Shown here in pieces: positions 17,524 to 26,521 of a stretch of 41,269 bases of DNA; position 1 is the stretch's first letter; the number at the start of each line of letters is the position of its first letter. The notes beneath the pieces were generated by a model. The model was not told where the DNA came from. It was given only the letters and a program-made list of their open reading frames with translations, and made no database searches. The stretch is from Candidatus Woesearchaeota archaeon (lineage in GTDB: Archaea > Nanobdellota > Nanobdellia > SCGC-AAA011-G17 > JAGVXY01): positions 1 to 41,269 of the forward strand of contig JAGVXY010000023.1 of the NCBI GenBank assembly GCA_018303545.1, read 5' to 3'. The position numbers and the translations under genes are program-made.

Positions 17524-18786
17524 ATGTTAGGTAATTTAGGAGATTCACTTAAAAGTACCCTTAAAAAGATTGCGGGAAGCATTTTCATAGATGAAAAACT
17601 GATAGATGAGATTGTAAGAGAAATACAAAGGGCCCTGTTGCAGGCAGATGTAAATGTTAAATTGGTTTTTGAATTATCTAAAAATATTAAGAAAAGAGCG
17701 TTAGATGAAAAGGCTCCGAAAAATCTTGACCAGCGAGAATATATTATCAATGTTGTTTATGAAGAATTAGTAAAATTCTTAGGCGAAAATAGAAAAGAAA
17801 TTAAAATAGAAAAGAAAAAACCTTTTAAGATAATGCTTCTTGGATTGTTTGGTTCGGGAAAAACCACAACATCGGCAAAATTAGCAAAATACTATTCCAA
17901 AAGAGGATATAAGGTAGGGATTTTAGGATTAGATGTCTGGAGAGCAGCAGCATTAAAACAATTGAAACAATTGGGTGAAAAAATAAACATAAATGTTTAT
18001 GGAAATGAGAAGGAGAAAAATCCTATTAAAATCTACAAAGAATTTGAAAAAGAATACAAAGATTATGATTTACTAATAATAGATACTGCGGGAAGAGATG
18101 CCTTGAATGATGAATTAATCAAAGAGATAGATTCTATAAATAAAATGGTAAATCCAGATGAAGTTCTACTTGTAATTTCAGCAGATATAGGCCAAGCTGC
18201 ACAATCACAGGCACAAAAATTTCATGAAACTTGCAAGGTCACAGGATTCATAGGTATGGGAGAGAAAATAGATGATTTAGAAGAATTCAATCCTAAAGGT
18301 TTTGTCGGAAGAATGCTAGGCATGGGAGATTTGGAAGCTTTGCTAGAAAAAGCAAAAGAAGCAATAAATGAAGAAGATGCTAAGGATATGGGCAAGAAAA
18401 TGCTCAAAGGAGATTTCAATTTCTTAGACTTATATGATCAACTGCAGATGATGAATAAGATGGGGCCATTGGATAAAATATTTGATATGATCCCAGGATT
18501 AGGGGGGGTTAAACTGCCTAAAGAAGCATTACAGGTCCAAGGCGATAAATTAAAGGCATGGAAATATCTCTTCCAGTCCATGACTAAAGAAGAGCTTGAA
18601 GATCCTGAAATCTTGACAGGAGATAGAATCAATAGAATCGCAAAAGGCGCAGGAAGAAATGCTTCTGATATCAGGGAATTATTAAAGCAATATAGAATGA
18701 GCAAAAAAATGATGAAAACTATGGGCTCTGGAAATCCAGAAAAATTAATGAAAAAATTTAAAGGCAAAATGCCTATGAAGTTTTAA
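17524..18786 (+). CDS. srp54: Signal recognition particle protein SRP54 with an internal in-frame deletion
   Basis: ALLQADVN, G1 GLFGSGKTTT, DVWRAAA, G3 DTAGR, FIGMGEKIDDLEEFNP, Met-rich M domain with RINRIAKGAG. TKxD/GTAKGG is absent. TATA at 17494-17501 favours ATG 17524. Confidence 0.93.
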   Translation: MLGNLGDSLKSTLKKIAGSIFIDEKLIDEIVREIQRALLQADVNVKLVFELSKNIKKRALDEKAPKNLDQREYIINVVYEELVKFLGENRKEIKIEKKKPFKIMLLGLFGSGKTTTSAKLAKYYSKRGYKVGILGLDVWRAAALKQLKQLGEKININVYGNEKEKNPIKIYKEFEKEYKDYDLLIIDTAGRDALNDELIKEIDSINKMVNPDEVLLVISADIGQAAQSQAQKFHETCKVTGFIGMGEKIDDLEEFNPKGFVGRMLGMGDLEALLEKAKEAINEEDAKDMGKKMLKGDFNFLDLYDQLQMMNKMGPLDKIFDMIPGLGGVKLPKEALQVQGDKLKAWKYLFQSMTKEELEDPEILTGDRINRIAKGAGRNASDIRELLKQYRMSKKMMKTMGSGNPEKLMKKFKGKMPMKF

Positions 18787-19349
18787 TCGAAAATTCCAAT
18801 AATCTTTGCGGTCAATGAATTGTCGTAAGGTTTTATTTCACCTAAGGCAGTTATTGTTGCAGTATTTGAATCGACCTCAAGTCCTGTCCACTCAAAAATT
18901 AGAGTAAACTTTGATGCAGCTGGATTAGTGCAACTAATTGGCACTGATGCCATGCCACCAAATTCTAGTGCTAAATTTCCTTCCCAATTGCACCCCGAGA
19001 GATCATCAAAGATTATTTTCTTTAATCTATGCAAACCAGGATGGTTTTTTGTCGTTACCAAATTTAGGTATAGATTGCCATTGACTTGCTGGGCACTTAT
19101 ACATTCAAAGTATGGAACCACTGAAAAGAATTTGCAACTGAACTTAGCTTCAGGAACAACCTTTTGGACCATTGGTGTTGCGATTACCTCTGTTTTTTCA
19201 TCACACCATCCATCATTGTTTATATCATTGCAACAGATATCATCAATAAGTACCATACTAGGAGGGCATATTTTCACGGCCACATCCTCTTTAGCACAGC
19301 CCATAGCTATAATGCTAATAATCATCAAAAGTATAATCAAACGCTTCAT
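18783..19349 (-). CDS. Hypothetical secreted lipoprotein-like, Cys-rich protein
   Basis: SD GAGGTGA, then MKRLIILLMIISIIAMG-C. CPP...CCNDINNDGWCD motif and further Cys pairs. Confidence 0.75.
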   Translation of the reverse strand: MKRLIILLMIISIIAMGCAKEDVAVKICPPSMVLIDDICCNDINNDGWCDEKTEVIATPMVQKVVPEAKFSCKFFSVVPYFECISAQQVNGNLYLNLVTTKNHPGLHRLKKIIFDDLSGCNWEGNLALEFGGMASVPISCTNPAASKFTLIFEWTGLEVDSNTATITALGEIKPYDNSLTAKIIGIFD

Positions 19350-19417
19350 TATATCACCTCTGATGGCTATAAAAACATCAATATTTAAATAGTTTTTCTT
19401 AAATTTTGCATTATAGC

Positions 19418-20020
19418 ATGAAAAAGATTGCACAAGGCGCTGAAGCAGTATTATATCTAAGGGATAACATCATCGTCAAACATAGAGTAAAAAAGGGATA
19501 TAGGCATGAAGAATTAGACCTAAAGATAAGAAAAAGATGTACAAAAACCGAAGCAAAGATTCTTGAAAAGGCTTTTAAATTAATTCCTGTACCAAAACTG
19601 CATAAAACTAACGATAGAGAAATGATTATAGAAATGGAGTTTATAGAAGGGGAAAAATTAAGAGATATTTTAGATAATCATAAACAAAGAAAAGAGCTCT
19701 GCAGGCAAATCGGAGAAAATATTGCTAAACTGCATAAAGCAGAAATAATACATGGAGATTTAACTACTTCTAATATGATTTTAAAAGAGGTGCTGTATTT
19801 TATAGATTTTGGACTAAGTTTTTTTTCAACAAAAATTGAAGATAAGGCCGTCGATTTACATTTATTGAGGCAGGCCTTGGAAAGCAAGCATCATAAGCAT
19901 GCCGCAGAATCTTTTAAAGAAGTTATGAAAGGATATAAGGCAGAAAATCCAGAGCATTTAGAAATTATTCACCGACTTGAACTTGTTGAGAAACGTGGAA
20001 GATATAAATCAAAAAAATGA
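19418..20020 (+). CDS. bud32: KEOPS complex kinase Bud32
   Basis: IAQGAEA, K.R.KK.YRH, IIHGDLTTSNM, FIDFGL, VDLHLL, C-terminal KRGRY. Confidence 0.95.
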   Translation: MKKIAQGAEAVLYLRDNIIVKHRVKKGYRHEELDLKIRKRCTKTEAKILEKAFKLIPVPKLHKTNDREMIIEMEFIEGEKLRDILDNHKQRKELCRQIGENIAKLHKAEIIHGDLTTSNMILKEVLYFIDFGLSFFSTKIEDKAVDLHLLRQALESKHHKHAAESFKEVMKGYKAENPEHLEIIHRLELVEKRGRYKSKK

Positions 20021-20470
20021 TTTTATACTTATTAAAATTATAATAATTAATAACAAGAAAAAAATATGCTCTAAAATTCCGCCTGTTCTTATAAAACCTT
20101 TTACATGAAAACTTAATGGATGGAACGGCCTTACTCCTTCGTGAGTTAATGAATCAGCCAAGATATGGGAAGTGTAACCTATAAGGAGGGCAAAACCCGT
20201 TACAAGGTATCCTTGAGAGAAAAGGAATATGCACGCTAATATGGGTATGAACATAGAATGCATAATGCCACGATGACCAAATAATAGATTTAATATGAAA
20301 GACAGAGGTTTTACCTTGCTACCAATTGTTGAATTAAATGTATCAATATCGGGAAATATTGCAAAAAATGAGGTCATAAAAATGAAATATAATGGATGTG
20401 AGATGCTCAAGAACTTGAATAGCGCGACTGAAACGATAATTCCTATTAACAGATGGGTTCTTGCAAGCAT
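20009..20470 (-). CDS. Membrane-bound metal-dependent hydrolase (YdjM/LexA-binding family)
   Basis: N-terminal RTH, FPDIDT, GHRGIMHS, GYTSHILADSLT. Hydrophobic helices. Confidence 0.85.
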   Translation of the reverse strand: MLARTHLLIGIIVSVALFKFLSISHPLYFIFMTSFFAIFPDIDTFNSTIGSKVKPLSFILNLLFGHRGIMHSMFIPILACIFLFSQGYLVTGFALLIGYTSHILADSLTHEGVRPFHPLSFHVKGFIRTGGILEHIFFLLLIIIILISIKSFF

Positions 20471-20492
20471 ATCATTAATATACTTTGTTTTT

Positions 20493-20521
20493 ATATTTAA
20501 GACTTACTGAAAGTTTAAATA
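20493..20521. promoter_or_regulatory. Divergent TATA boxes for the hydrolase gene (-) and rlmE (+)
   Basis: Plus-strand AAAG-TTTAAATA (TATA 20514-20521), ~23 nt before ATG 20544. Minus-strand CTTAAATA, ~23 nt before ATG 20470. Confidence 0.55.
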
Positions 20522-20543
20522 ATTGTTATTGCTTATAGACTAT

Positions 20544-21122
20544 ATGCCTAAAGACTATTTCACAAAGAAATCCGAGGAAGAGGATACAAGGGCGAGATCC
20601 TATTATAAATTACAACAGATTGATAAAGTTAGCCAGATGATTCGACTGGGTTCATATGTATTAGATTTAGGAAGCTTTCCTGGGGGATGGATGCAATACT
20701 GCTTGGAGAAGATTGGTTCAAAAGGGTTTGTTTTTGGGGTTGATGTTGATGAAATAGAACCATTTGATGAATATAAGAATTATAAATTTTTTTACGGGGA
20801 TGTATTCTCTGAAGAAGCATGGAAAGAAATTGCTGAATATCAATTTGATGTAGTATTCAGCGATATGGCTCCAAAATTTTCTGGAATAAAAGATATAGAT
20901 TATTTAAGAACTTATGAACTTTGCAAGAGGGCATTTTATTTAGCTAAGAAAGTTTTGAAACCTCGCGGGTTTTTTTTGTGCAAGATGTTTCGCGGAGAAG
21001 AATTTGAGAAGCTTAAGAAAGAATTGGAGAAAAGTTTTATCAAAGTTAAGATGATAAAGCCTGATGCTTCAAAAGCCACAAGCAAGGAAGCTTATTTATT
21101 AGGAATAGGGTTCAGGGGCTGA
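20544..21122 (+). CDS. rlmE: 23S rRNA 2'-O-methyltransferase RlmE/FtsJ
   Basis: RSYYKL, VLDLGSFPGGW, SDMAP, CKMF, SKEAY (K-D-K-E tetrad). Confidence 0.93.
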   Translation: MPKDYFTKKSEEEDTRARSYYKLQQIDKVSQMIRLGSYVLDLGSFPGGWMQYCLEKIGSKGFVFGVDVDEIEPFDEYKNYKFFYGDVFSEEAWKEIAEYQFDVVFSDMAPKFSGIKDIDYLRTYELCKRAFYLAKKVLKPRGFFLCKMFRGEEFEKLKKELEKSFIKVKMIKPDASKATSKEAYLLGIGFRG

Positions 21123-22095
21123 AATCAACTCTAATCCTGAATTTTCTTGGTGCGAACTGGCCGCATTTCCGAATTTTCAGAATTTTTGCATTATTGTCCA
21201 GATTTTTTATTGCCCTAACATAACTCTCTGCTAACTGCAGGTCATCTGAAAAACCATAGAGGTGAATAATTCCATTAGGTTTTATATATTCCAATGCTAA
21301 ATCTAAGAATAACTCTGCTGATCTTGGGAGGGGCATAAGGATTCTATCAAAGTTCATTTTTAATTTAGGCAGGACCTTTCTAACATCCCCCTGATAAACT
21401 TTTATATTTTTTAATTTGTTTAATTTAATATTTTCCTCTGCAAATTTATGCGCTTCGGGATTGATTTCAATGCCGATAATTTCTTTGGCTTTTGAATATT
21501 TTGAAATCACCAAAGGATATGGCGCAACTCCGGAAAACATAACTAACACTTGTTCCGGTTTTTTTATCTGTGATGCGACATCAATTCTGTCTGTGCTCAG
21601 TCTTGGAGAAAAATAACAGGTTTCAACATTCAGTTTCATTCTTAAGCCATTTTCAATATGAGTTGTAATCTTTCTTTTTTCGCCGGACAGTATTTTTAAA
21701 TCCTGCGTCCTGAAAACGCCGTGATGGATGCCCACTTTATCAGCAACGACTTTAATGCCTTTCAATATTTTTATATAGGTCTCAGCAATAAATTTTGATT
21801 TTTTAGAAAGTTCTTCAGGAAGATCTAAAATCATTATATCTCCTATTAGGTCATATGAAGTAGGCAATAGAGAATATTCTTTCTTTGTTAGCCCCTTTAA
21901 GAACAATGAATCTGAAGAAACTATTTTATTGAATCTTTTTTCCACCTGTGTAAAACCTGGGACTCTGCCATTAATCGCAAAATAGATATATTTTGAATCT
22001 TTTATTGGTGGACAGACCCTACATAATAGACCTTGCTTAATCAGCAGAGATTTGACTTTTTCCGCCTCTTTCAATGGAACTTTAATGGCTTTCAT
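21112..22095 (-). CDS. trm5: Trm5-family tRNA G37 methyltransferase (Met-10+ like)
   Basis: SYDLIGDI, YFSPRLS, MFSGVAPY, IEINPEA, DRILMPLP. Confidence 0.85.
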   Translation of the reverse strand: MKAIKVPLKEAEKVKSLLIKQGLLCRVCPPIKDSKYIYFAINGRVPGFTQVEKRFNKIVSSDSLFLKGLTKKEYSLLPTSYDLIGDIMILDLPEELSKKSKFIAETYIKILKGIKVVADKVGIHHGVFRTQDLKILSGEKRKITTHIENGLRMKLNVETCYFSPRLSTDRIDVASQIKKPEQVLVMFSGVAPYPLVISKYSKAKEIIGIEINPEAHKFAEENIKLNKLKNIKVYQGDVRKVLPKLKMNFDRILMPLPRSAELFLDLALEYIKPNGIIHLYGFSDDLQLAESYVRAIKNLDNNAKILKIRKCGQFAPRKFRIRVDFSP

Positions 22096-22112
22096 AAAGT
22101 GCTGAAAAGCTA

Positions 22113-22126
22113 GAAAAGTTTAAATA
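22113..22126. promoter_or_regulatory. Overlapping bidirectional BRE/TATA element
   Basis: GAAAAG-TTTAAATA ends ~23 nt before ATG 22149 (+). The same bases read TTTAAACT on the minus strand, ~22 nt before ATG 22095. Confidence 0.55.
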
Positions 22127-22148
22127 TTTACCTAATTTAACAAGTGAT

Positions 22149-22904
22149 ATGATAAAGAGAGCGTCTATGTTTTTTTTAGGTTTCCTATCTGTAGCAGCTA
22201 TAACCTCTGCTTTTGAATTTCCCAGTTTGGAGAGTGGATTTGTTGATGCAATAAATTTCATTTTTGGCGCTGAAACGTCCGTGGCATTATTAAAATTCGG
22301 ACTTTTTTTAGTTTTCCTTGCTTTGATGGGGCATGTAACCTTGAGATATGTCTTCCCTGACAATACATCTGTGGCGATTATTGTATCCCTGATTTTAGCA
22401 TTCTTCAGCGTAAGGTTTTTTCCACAAAACTATCTGGATGCAGTTAAAGAATGGTGGTCAATATTAATAGTGGGAATTATGGTTTTAGCGATGTTGATTT
22501 TACCCTTTACGATTGCAGAATGGATAAGCCCTGGAAACAAAAGAATGCGTTGGGTTTTTTATGTTTTGATAATTGGACTTATAATCTATGGTGGAAATTA
22601 TGCCTATACAAATGATATGATAGCCACCCCCTATTTAGAAGATGCAGTGCAATTTATTGGTGAAAATCTTATATTCGTAATCGGCGGAGCAGTTCTTGCA
22701 TTTCTGGGAATAAAATGGATTATGTCTCCTACAAGCGAAAAAACGGCAGTTCAACTTGATAGAGAAAAGGAGAATAGGCAAATTGCACAAAACGATAAAA
22801 GACTAAAAACGGAATTAGCTGCAGCAGATAAAAGACAAAGAATGGGATTAATGCACGATACTTGGAAGGGTCTCGTTGGATGGGCATTCGGAAGAAAAAA
22901 ATAA
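22149..22904 (+). CDS. Hypothetical multi-pass membrane protein
   Basis: About 6-7 hydrophobic segments and a charged C-terminal tail. Confidence 0.8.
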   Translation: MIKRASMFFLGFLSVAAITSAFEFPSLESGFVDAINFIFGAETSVALLKFGLFLVFLALMGHVTLRYVFPDNTSVAIIVSLILAFFSVRFFPQNYLDAVKEWWSILIVGIMVLAMLILPFTIAEWISPGNKRMRWVFYVLIIGLIIYGGNYAYTNDMIATPYLEDAVQFIGENLIFVIGGAVLAFLGIKWIMSPTSEKTAVQLDREKENRQIAQNDKRLKTELAAADKRQRMGLMHDTWKGLVGWAFGRKK

Positions 22905-23915
22905 TTAAAACCACTTCTTAAGATTCAATTGTTCCTTACCGCGTTTTGTAATTTTACTTAAAGTGCTTTCGACACGCTCCTGAGAAAAATCATGCTTACC
23001 CACTAAAATAGACTTTACCTTTTCTTGGTCAACATCTTTCCATTCTAGAGAATAATTGTCAGTTACTGGCATTTTCTTGATTACATCAAAAATTTCTTTC
23101 CAATCAAAACCAATTTCTCCTAATTCTTTGAAAATAACATCAAAAGATTTTCCGTCCTGAACTAATTTTAATGCTTTCTTTGGTCCAAGACCTTTTACAC
23201 CACCGACATTAAAATCTGTACCAATAAGAATGGCAATGACAATTAATTGATCTAAATCTATCCCTAAATTATCTAAAACCTTGTTTAATTCTAAAATTTC
23301 CGGATGAACTCTTGTGTAAGTTGAACCTGAAAGTTTTTTCTGTGACAAGGTTAAGTTTCTCAAAACCTTCGGAGCACCATGAATTAAGACATCAGCATCT
23401 TGGGTGGCTACTGCCCAAACATCTTTCTTGCGGCACATATATGCCGCTTGAGCTTCAGCTTCAGATGGTGCTTGAATCACAGGGAGACCTAATGCTTTAA
23501 TTAATTCTTTAGCCTCTTCAACCATCTCATGGGTTAAAAAAGATAATTGACGAGAATAGCGATGCATCATCTCTTCATCTTCTTTCTCTCTAGCTTCTTC
23601 ATATTTTTCTGAAGCGATATTTTTTCTTTCTCTTCTCCTTTCTCTCTCTTTATTTTTCAGTTCTGGGGCCTTGCCATCAAAGACGAAACAAAGCTTCAAT
23701 CCTTTATCCATAAGATTTGTAACTCGGGAGAATATCCCTACTAAATGTGAGGTCACATTGCCATTAGAATCTGTTAATGGGGTACCATCTTTCTGCATGA
23801 TCGAACTCAAAAATTGATAAATCATCAATGAAGCATCAACGGCTATCTTCTTGTCTCTTAATTCGTCCCATGAAATCTCTTCGGGCTGCAATAAATCCTT
23901 AAACTTAACTCCCAT
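22905..23915 (-). CDS. fen: Flap endonuclease 1
   Basis: MGVK, AVDA..IYQFLSSI, FVFDG, APSEAEAQAA, TQDADV, GTDFN.GGVKGLGPKKA, PIP box QLNLKKWF. Confidence 0.97.
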   Translation of the reverse strand: MGVKFKDLLQPEEISWDELRDKKIAVDASLMIYQFLSSIMQKDGTPLTDSNGNVTSHLVGIFSRVTNLMDKGLKLCFVFDGKAPELKNKERERRRERKNIASEKYEEAREKEDEEMMHRYSRQLSFLTHEMVEEAKELIKALGLPVIQAPSEAEAQAAYMCRKKDVWAVATQDADVLIHGAPKVLRNLTLSQKKLSGSTYTRVHPEILELNKVLDNLGIDLDQLIVIAILIGTDFNVGGVKGLGPKKALKLVQDGKSFDVIFKELGEIGFDWKEIFDVIKKMPVTDNYSLEWKDVDQEKVKSILVGKHDFSQERVESTLSKITKRGKEQLNLKKWF

Positions 23916-23966
23916 GACTTAAGGTAAAACTCCTTTTGTTTAAAAATTTGTTGGAAAAGTTTACAT

Positions 23967-24524
23967 TTACCTGGATTTAATTTGTAGTTTATTTATTAGG
24001 CAATTTCCTTTTTTAAAGTTGTTGAGCTCTGCCACTCTGTAATACAAATCAAGTTTCTGCAGAAAGAGCATATTTGTGTTATGAGGGAATTCTTTTAATG
24101 AATGGTCTTTCATGCCCTGCATAGAACCAAACTCAATCTCGAGCTCACGAACGCAGGCATTTAAATAAAGTTGCTTTGGTGCGATGACAAAATAATACAC
24201 TTCTTCCAATCGTTTTAATGTTGCATCCTTATAATTGAACCGTGCTTCAGAATTACCCTTTATTTGATTGTACGATTTCAACCATAAAATAATGTTAGAT
24301 TTTAGTTGCGCACTATGTCTTTTATGCCTTTGAGAAAACTCCCCTGGGCTGGTTTCAAACAAAGATATTAAACTGTCTGGAGGAAACGGATATTGAACTT
24401 CATTTTTATAAAGACACCATTTTATAGAATGCGAGAAATATTCGTTATAGACTGCCGATTCAAATTTCATAAAATCTATTCCTATCGGCAAAGATAACTG
24501 AATCATATTAGACAATTTATTCAT
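23967..24524 (-). CDS. Hypothetical protein (185 aa)
   Basis: ORF coupled by an ATGA overlap to the upstream ORF. No motif. Confidence 0.65.
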   Translation of the reverse strand: MNKLSNMIQLSLPIGIDFMKFESAVYNEYFSHSIKWCLYKNEVQYPFPPDSLISLFETSPGEFSQRHKRHSAQLKSNIILWLKSYNQIKGNSEARFNYKDATLKRLEEVYYFVIAPKQLYLNACVRELEIEFGSMQGMKDHSLKEFPHNTNMLFLQKLDLYYRVAELNNFKKGNCLINKLQIKSR

Positions 24525-24997
24525 TTAACATACCTGAAAATATTTTCATTAAGTCTCTCAAGCGAATCAATAATAATCTCTCTTGGTGGAATGATAAATC
24601 CTACAGTTAAGGAACTTGGATTGTGAGAAGACATCTTAGCTAAAATAGACAATGTAGTGCAGCCTATATTATCATCAATAACTAAAACATTAATATTCCT
24701 AATATTAAGGGGGAAAATTTGACCTAATTCGTTCTTAAAAATAGGTTCTGGTGAGGCACCAAATAAGTTATGAAGCCCACTGTATCTTTGCCCTACTCGA
24801 ATAGGATTTCTTTCATTAAATAAATATATTATCCTGTCTTGATTAAGATGAATGTCCTTAAATCCATAAATAAACCTAAGATAATCCTCTGCAATAGGCA
24901 TGTAGTCCTCATTTGTAATAACTTGTAGAATCCGCTCAGGTTTGTCCTTGATGTCCTTATAAGGAACATCCCCTGGAAATTCAATAATCCCTGTCAT
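24521..24997 (-). CDS. Hypothetical protein with a phosphoribosyltransferase-like motif
   Basis: NINVLVIDDNIGCTTL...NPSSLTVGFI resembles VLIVDDxxxTGxT...PxSVxVAVL of type I PRTases. Confidence 0.5.
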   Translation of the reverse strand: MTGIIEFPGDVPYKDIKDKPERILQVITNEDYMPIAEDYLRFIYGFKDIHLNQDRIIYLFNERNPIRVGQRYSGLHNLFGASPEPIFKNELGQIFPLNIRNINVLVIDDNIGCTTLSILAKMSSHNPSSLTVGFIIPPREIIIDSLERLNENIFRYVK

Positions 24998-25114
24998 TTC
25001 GAGAAAAGGCAGATTAGTTTTATTTATAAATCTTTTGCTATTTTAACGTGATTAATCTAGAATAGCTTCAATTACAATAATTATTATAAATCAAAATCCG
25101 AAATAAGCTAAGAG

Positions 25115-25762
25115 GTGATAAAGCAAATTTCTTTTGATCATGGGTGGTACTATTTCTACAGGATGCACAGCCCGAAGACCGAAAAATTATGTGAGAAATG
25201 CTATGGCTCTTTGAATAAATATTTGAATGATGTTTTCGAGAACTGCCCAAATGATTATTTTCACTCTGGACCGAGAGGATCGAGACTGAAATTCAAACTG
25301 AATAACTTGAATTTAGTAGAAACTAAAAATCACGAACTTTCTAAATTGACCACTTTGGGATTAGAAGAAAATCAAAACAGATATAAATCTGCGCATAGCC
25401 GGGTGCAGGTATTCATGCTAGAAAATGACAGCAATACTCTGGCAGTTGAAGTGCCATTATGGTTTGAACCTGGGGAGATGGAAACTTTTAATGAACTATT
25501 TGGAAATGAAGGCCCATTGACCGGCCACATTGATGTTTTAAGGATTGAAGACGGCTTGGTTTGGATATGGGACTACAAACCAAATGCTTCTTTGGAAAAA
25601 TTTGCTGCAACACAGGTCTTTTTTTATGCATTAATGTTATCAAAAAGGACCGGGATTCCCCTAGATAAATTTAGGTGCGGCTATTTTGACAGCGCTAATG
25701 CATATATGTTCAAGCCAACAAAAGAAATGCTTAACCGAGATTCTTTGAAAAAATTTATTTGA
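25115..25762 (+). CDS. PD-(D/E)XK nuclease-fold protein
   Basis: AVEVP...GHIDVL...WIWDYKP...TQVFFYALML (E...D...DxK...QxxxY, RecB-like). GTG start uncertain. Confidence 0.75.
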   Translation: MIKQISFDHGWYYFYRMHSPKTEKLCEKCYGSLNKYLNDVFENCPNDYFHSGPRGSRLKFKLNNLNLVETKNHELSKLTTLGLEENQNRYKSAHSRVQVFMLENDSNTLAVEVPLWFEPGEMETFNELFGNEGPLTGHIDVLRIEDGLVWIWDYKPNASLEKFAATQVFFYALMLSKRTGIPLDKFRCGYFDSANAYMFKPTKEMLNRDSLKKFI

Positions 25763-25821
25763 TTTGTTTGGGACAATAAATTGGAGAAAACTTATATATC
25801 TCTAAACTACTATTAATTTTA

Positions 25822-26457
25822 ATGAATCTTGAAGGGGAATCATTAATTCAAGAATATTTTTTAAAAGAGGGCTGTTTAAATTCCCTTAAGGAGATTTGTA
25901 GTAAACTGGATGTTATCAAAGGCAAGAAATCAAATTACCTTGTGTATAAAATAACCGAGTTCCAAAAAATATTTAATAAAGTTTCCGCTGATGTCTCAGA
26001 TTTTTTAGGGTTTGATTATATTAGACCAAAGAAATTAATTGAAGATGAGAATGAGTTTTATTTCGACAAAGATTTGACAATAGGTCATCTTTCAATATGC
26101 AACGAATCCTATTGTCGATGCAGTTTTATACATGAATATTCCCATCTTCTGCTTGAAGCAAATTATGGCGCAATTTATGGAAGAAAAGATTATAATATTT
26201 TTGTAGAAGGACATGCAACGTGGCTGGAATTTTCGATGGCACAAAGATATAATTCTAAAGAGATGTTATATTATGCAGTAAATGCGCTGAAGATAGATAT
26301 GAAGAGGGGAATTAATTTATTGAGCAAACGATCGGATATAACAAAGATTAATGAGGATTTGGGATATTATTCTCTGGGCATATGTATATTTGGCTTGCTA
26401 CTCAATTTGAGAGGAGATGAAGTTTTTAAGAAGCCATTTCTGGATAATTGCTTTTGA
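25822..26457 (+). CDS. Hypothetical protein with a zincin (HExxH...E) metallopeptidase motif
   Basis: FIHEYSHLL followed ~20 aa later by FVEGHA (gluzincin-like spacing). Confidence 0.55.
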   Translation: MNLEGESLIQEYFLKEGCLNSLKEICSKLDVIKGKKSNYLVYKITEFQKIFNKVSADVSDFLGFDYIRPKKLIEDENEFYFDKDLTIGHLSICNESYCRCSFIHEYSHLLLEANYGAIYGRKDYNIFVEGHATWLEFSMAQRYNSKEMLYYAVNALKIDMKRGINLLSKRSDITKINEDLGYYSLGICIFGLLLNLRGDEVFKKPFLDNCF

Positions 26458-26483
26458 ATAGCAAAGAAAGACTATGGAGTTAT

Positions 26484-26498
26484 AAAAAGGTTTAAATA
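26484..26498 (+). promoter_or_regulatory. BRE/TATA promoter of polB
   Basis: AAAAAGG-TTTAAATA, with the TATA ending 23 nt before ATG 26522. Confidence 0.55.
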
Positions 26499-26521
26499 AT
26501 TATATAAACCTTAGAATAGTA

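Noticed and set aside
25115-25762. Cas4 / CRISPR adaptation gene
   Set aside because: The Cys pattern does not match Cas4 (one N-terminal plus three C-terminal Cys). No cas1/cas2 or repeat-spacer array was seen in the window.
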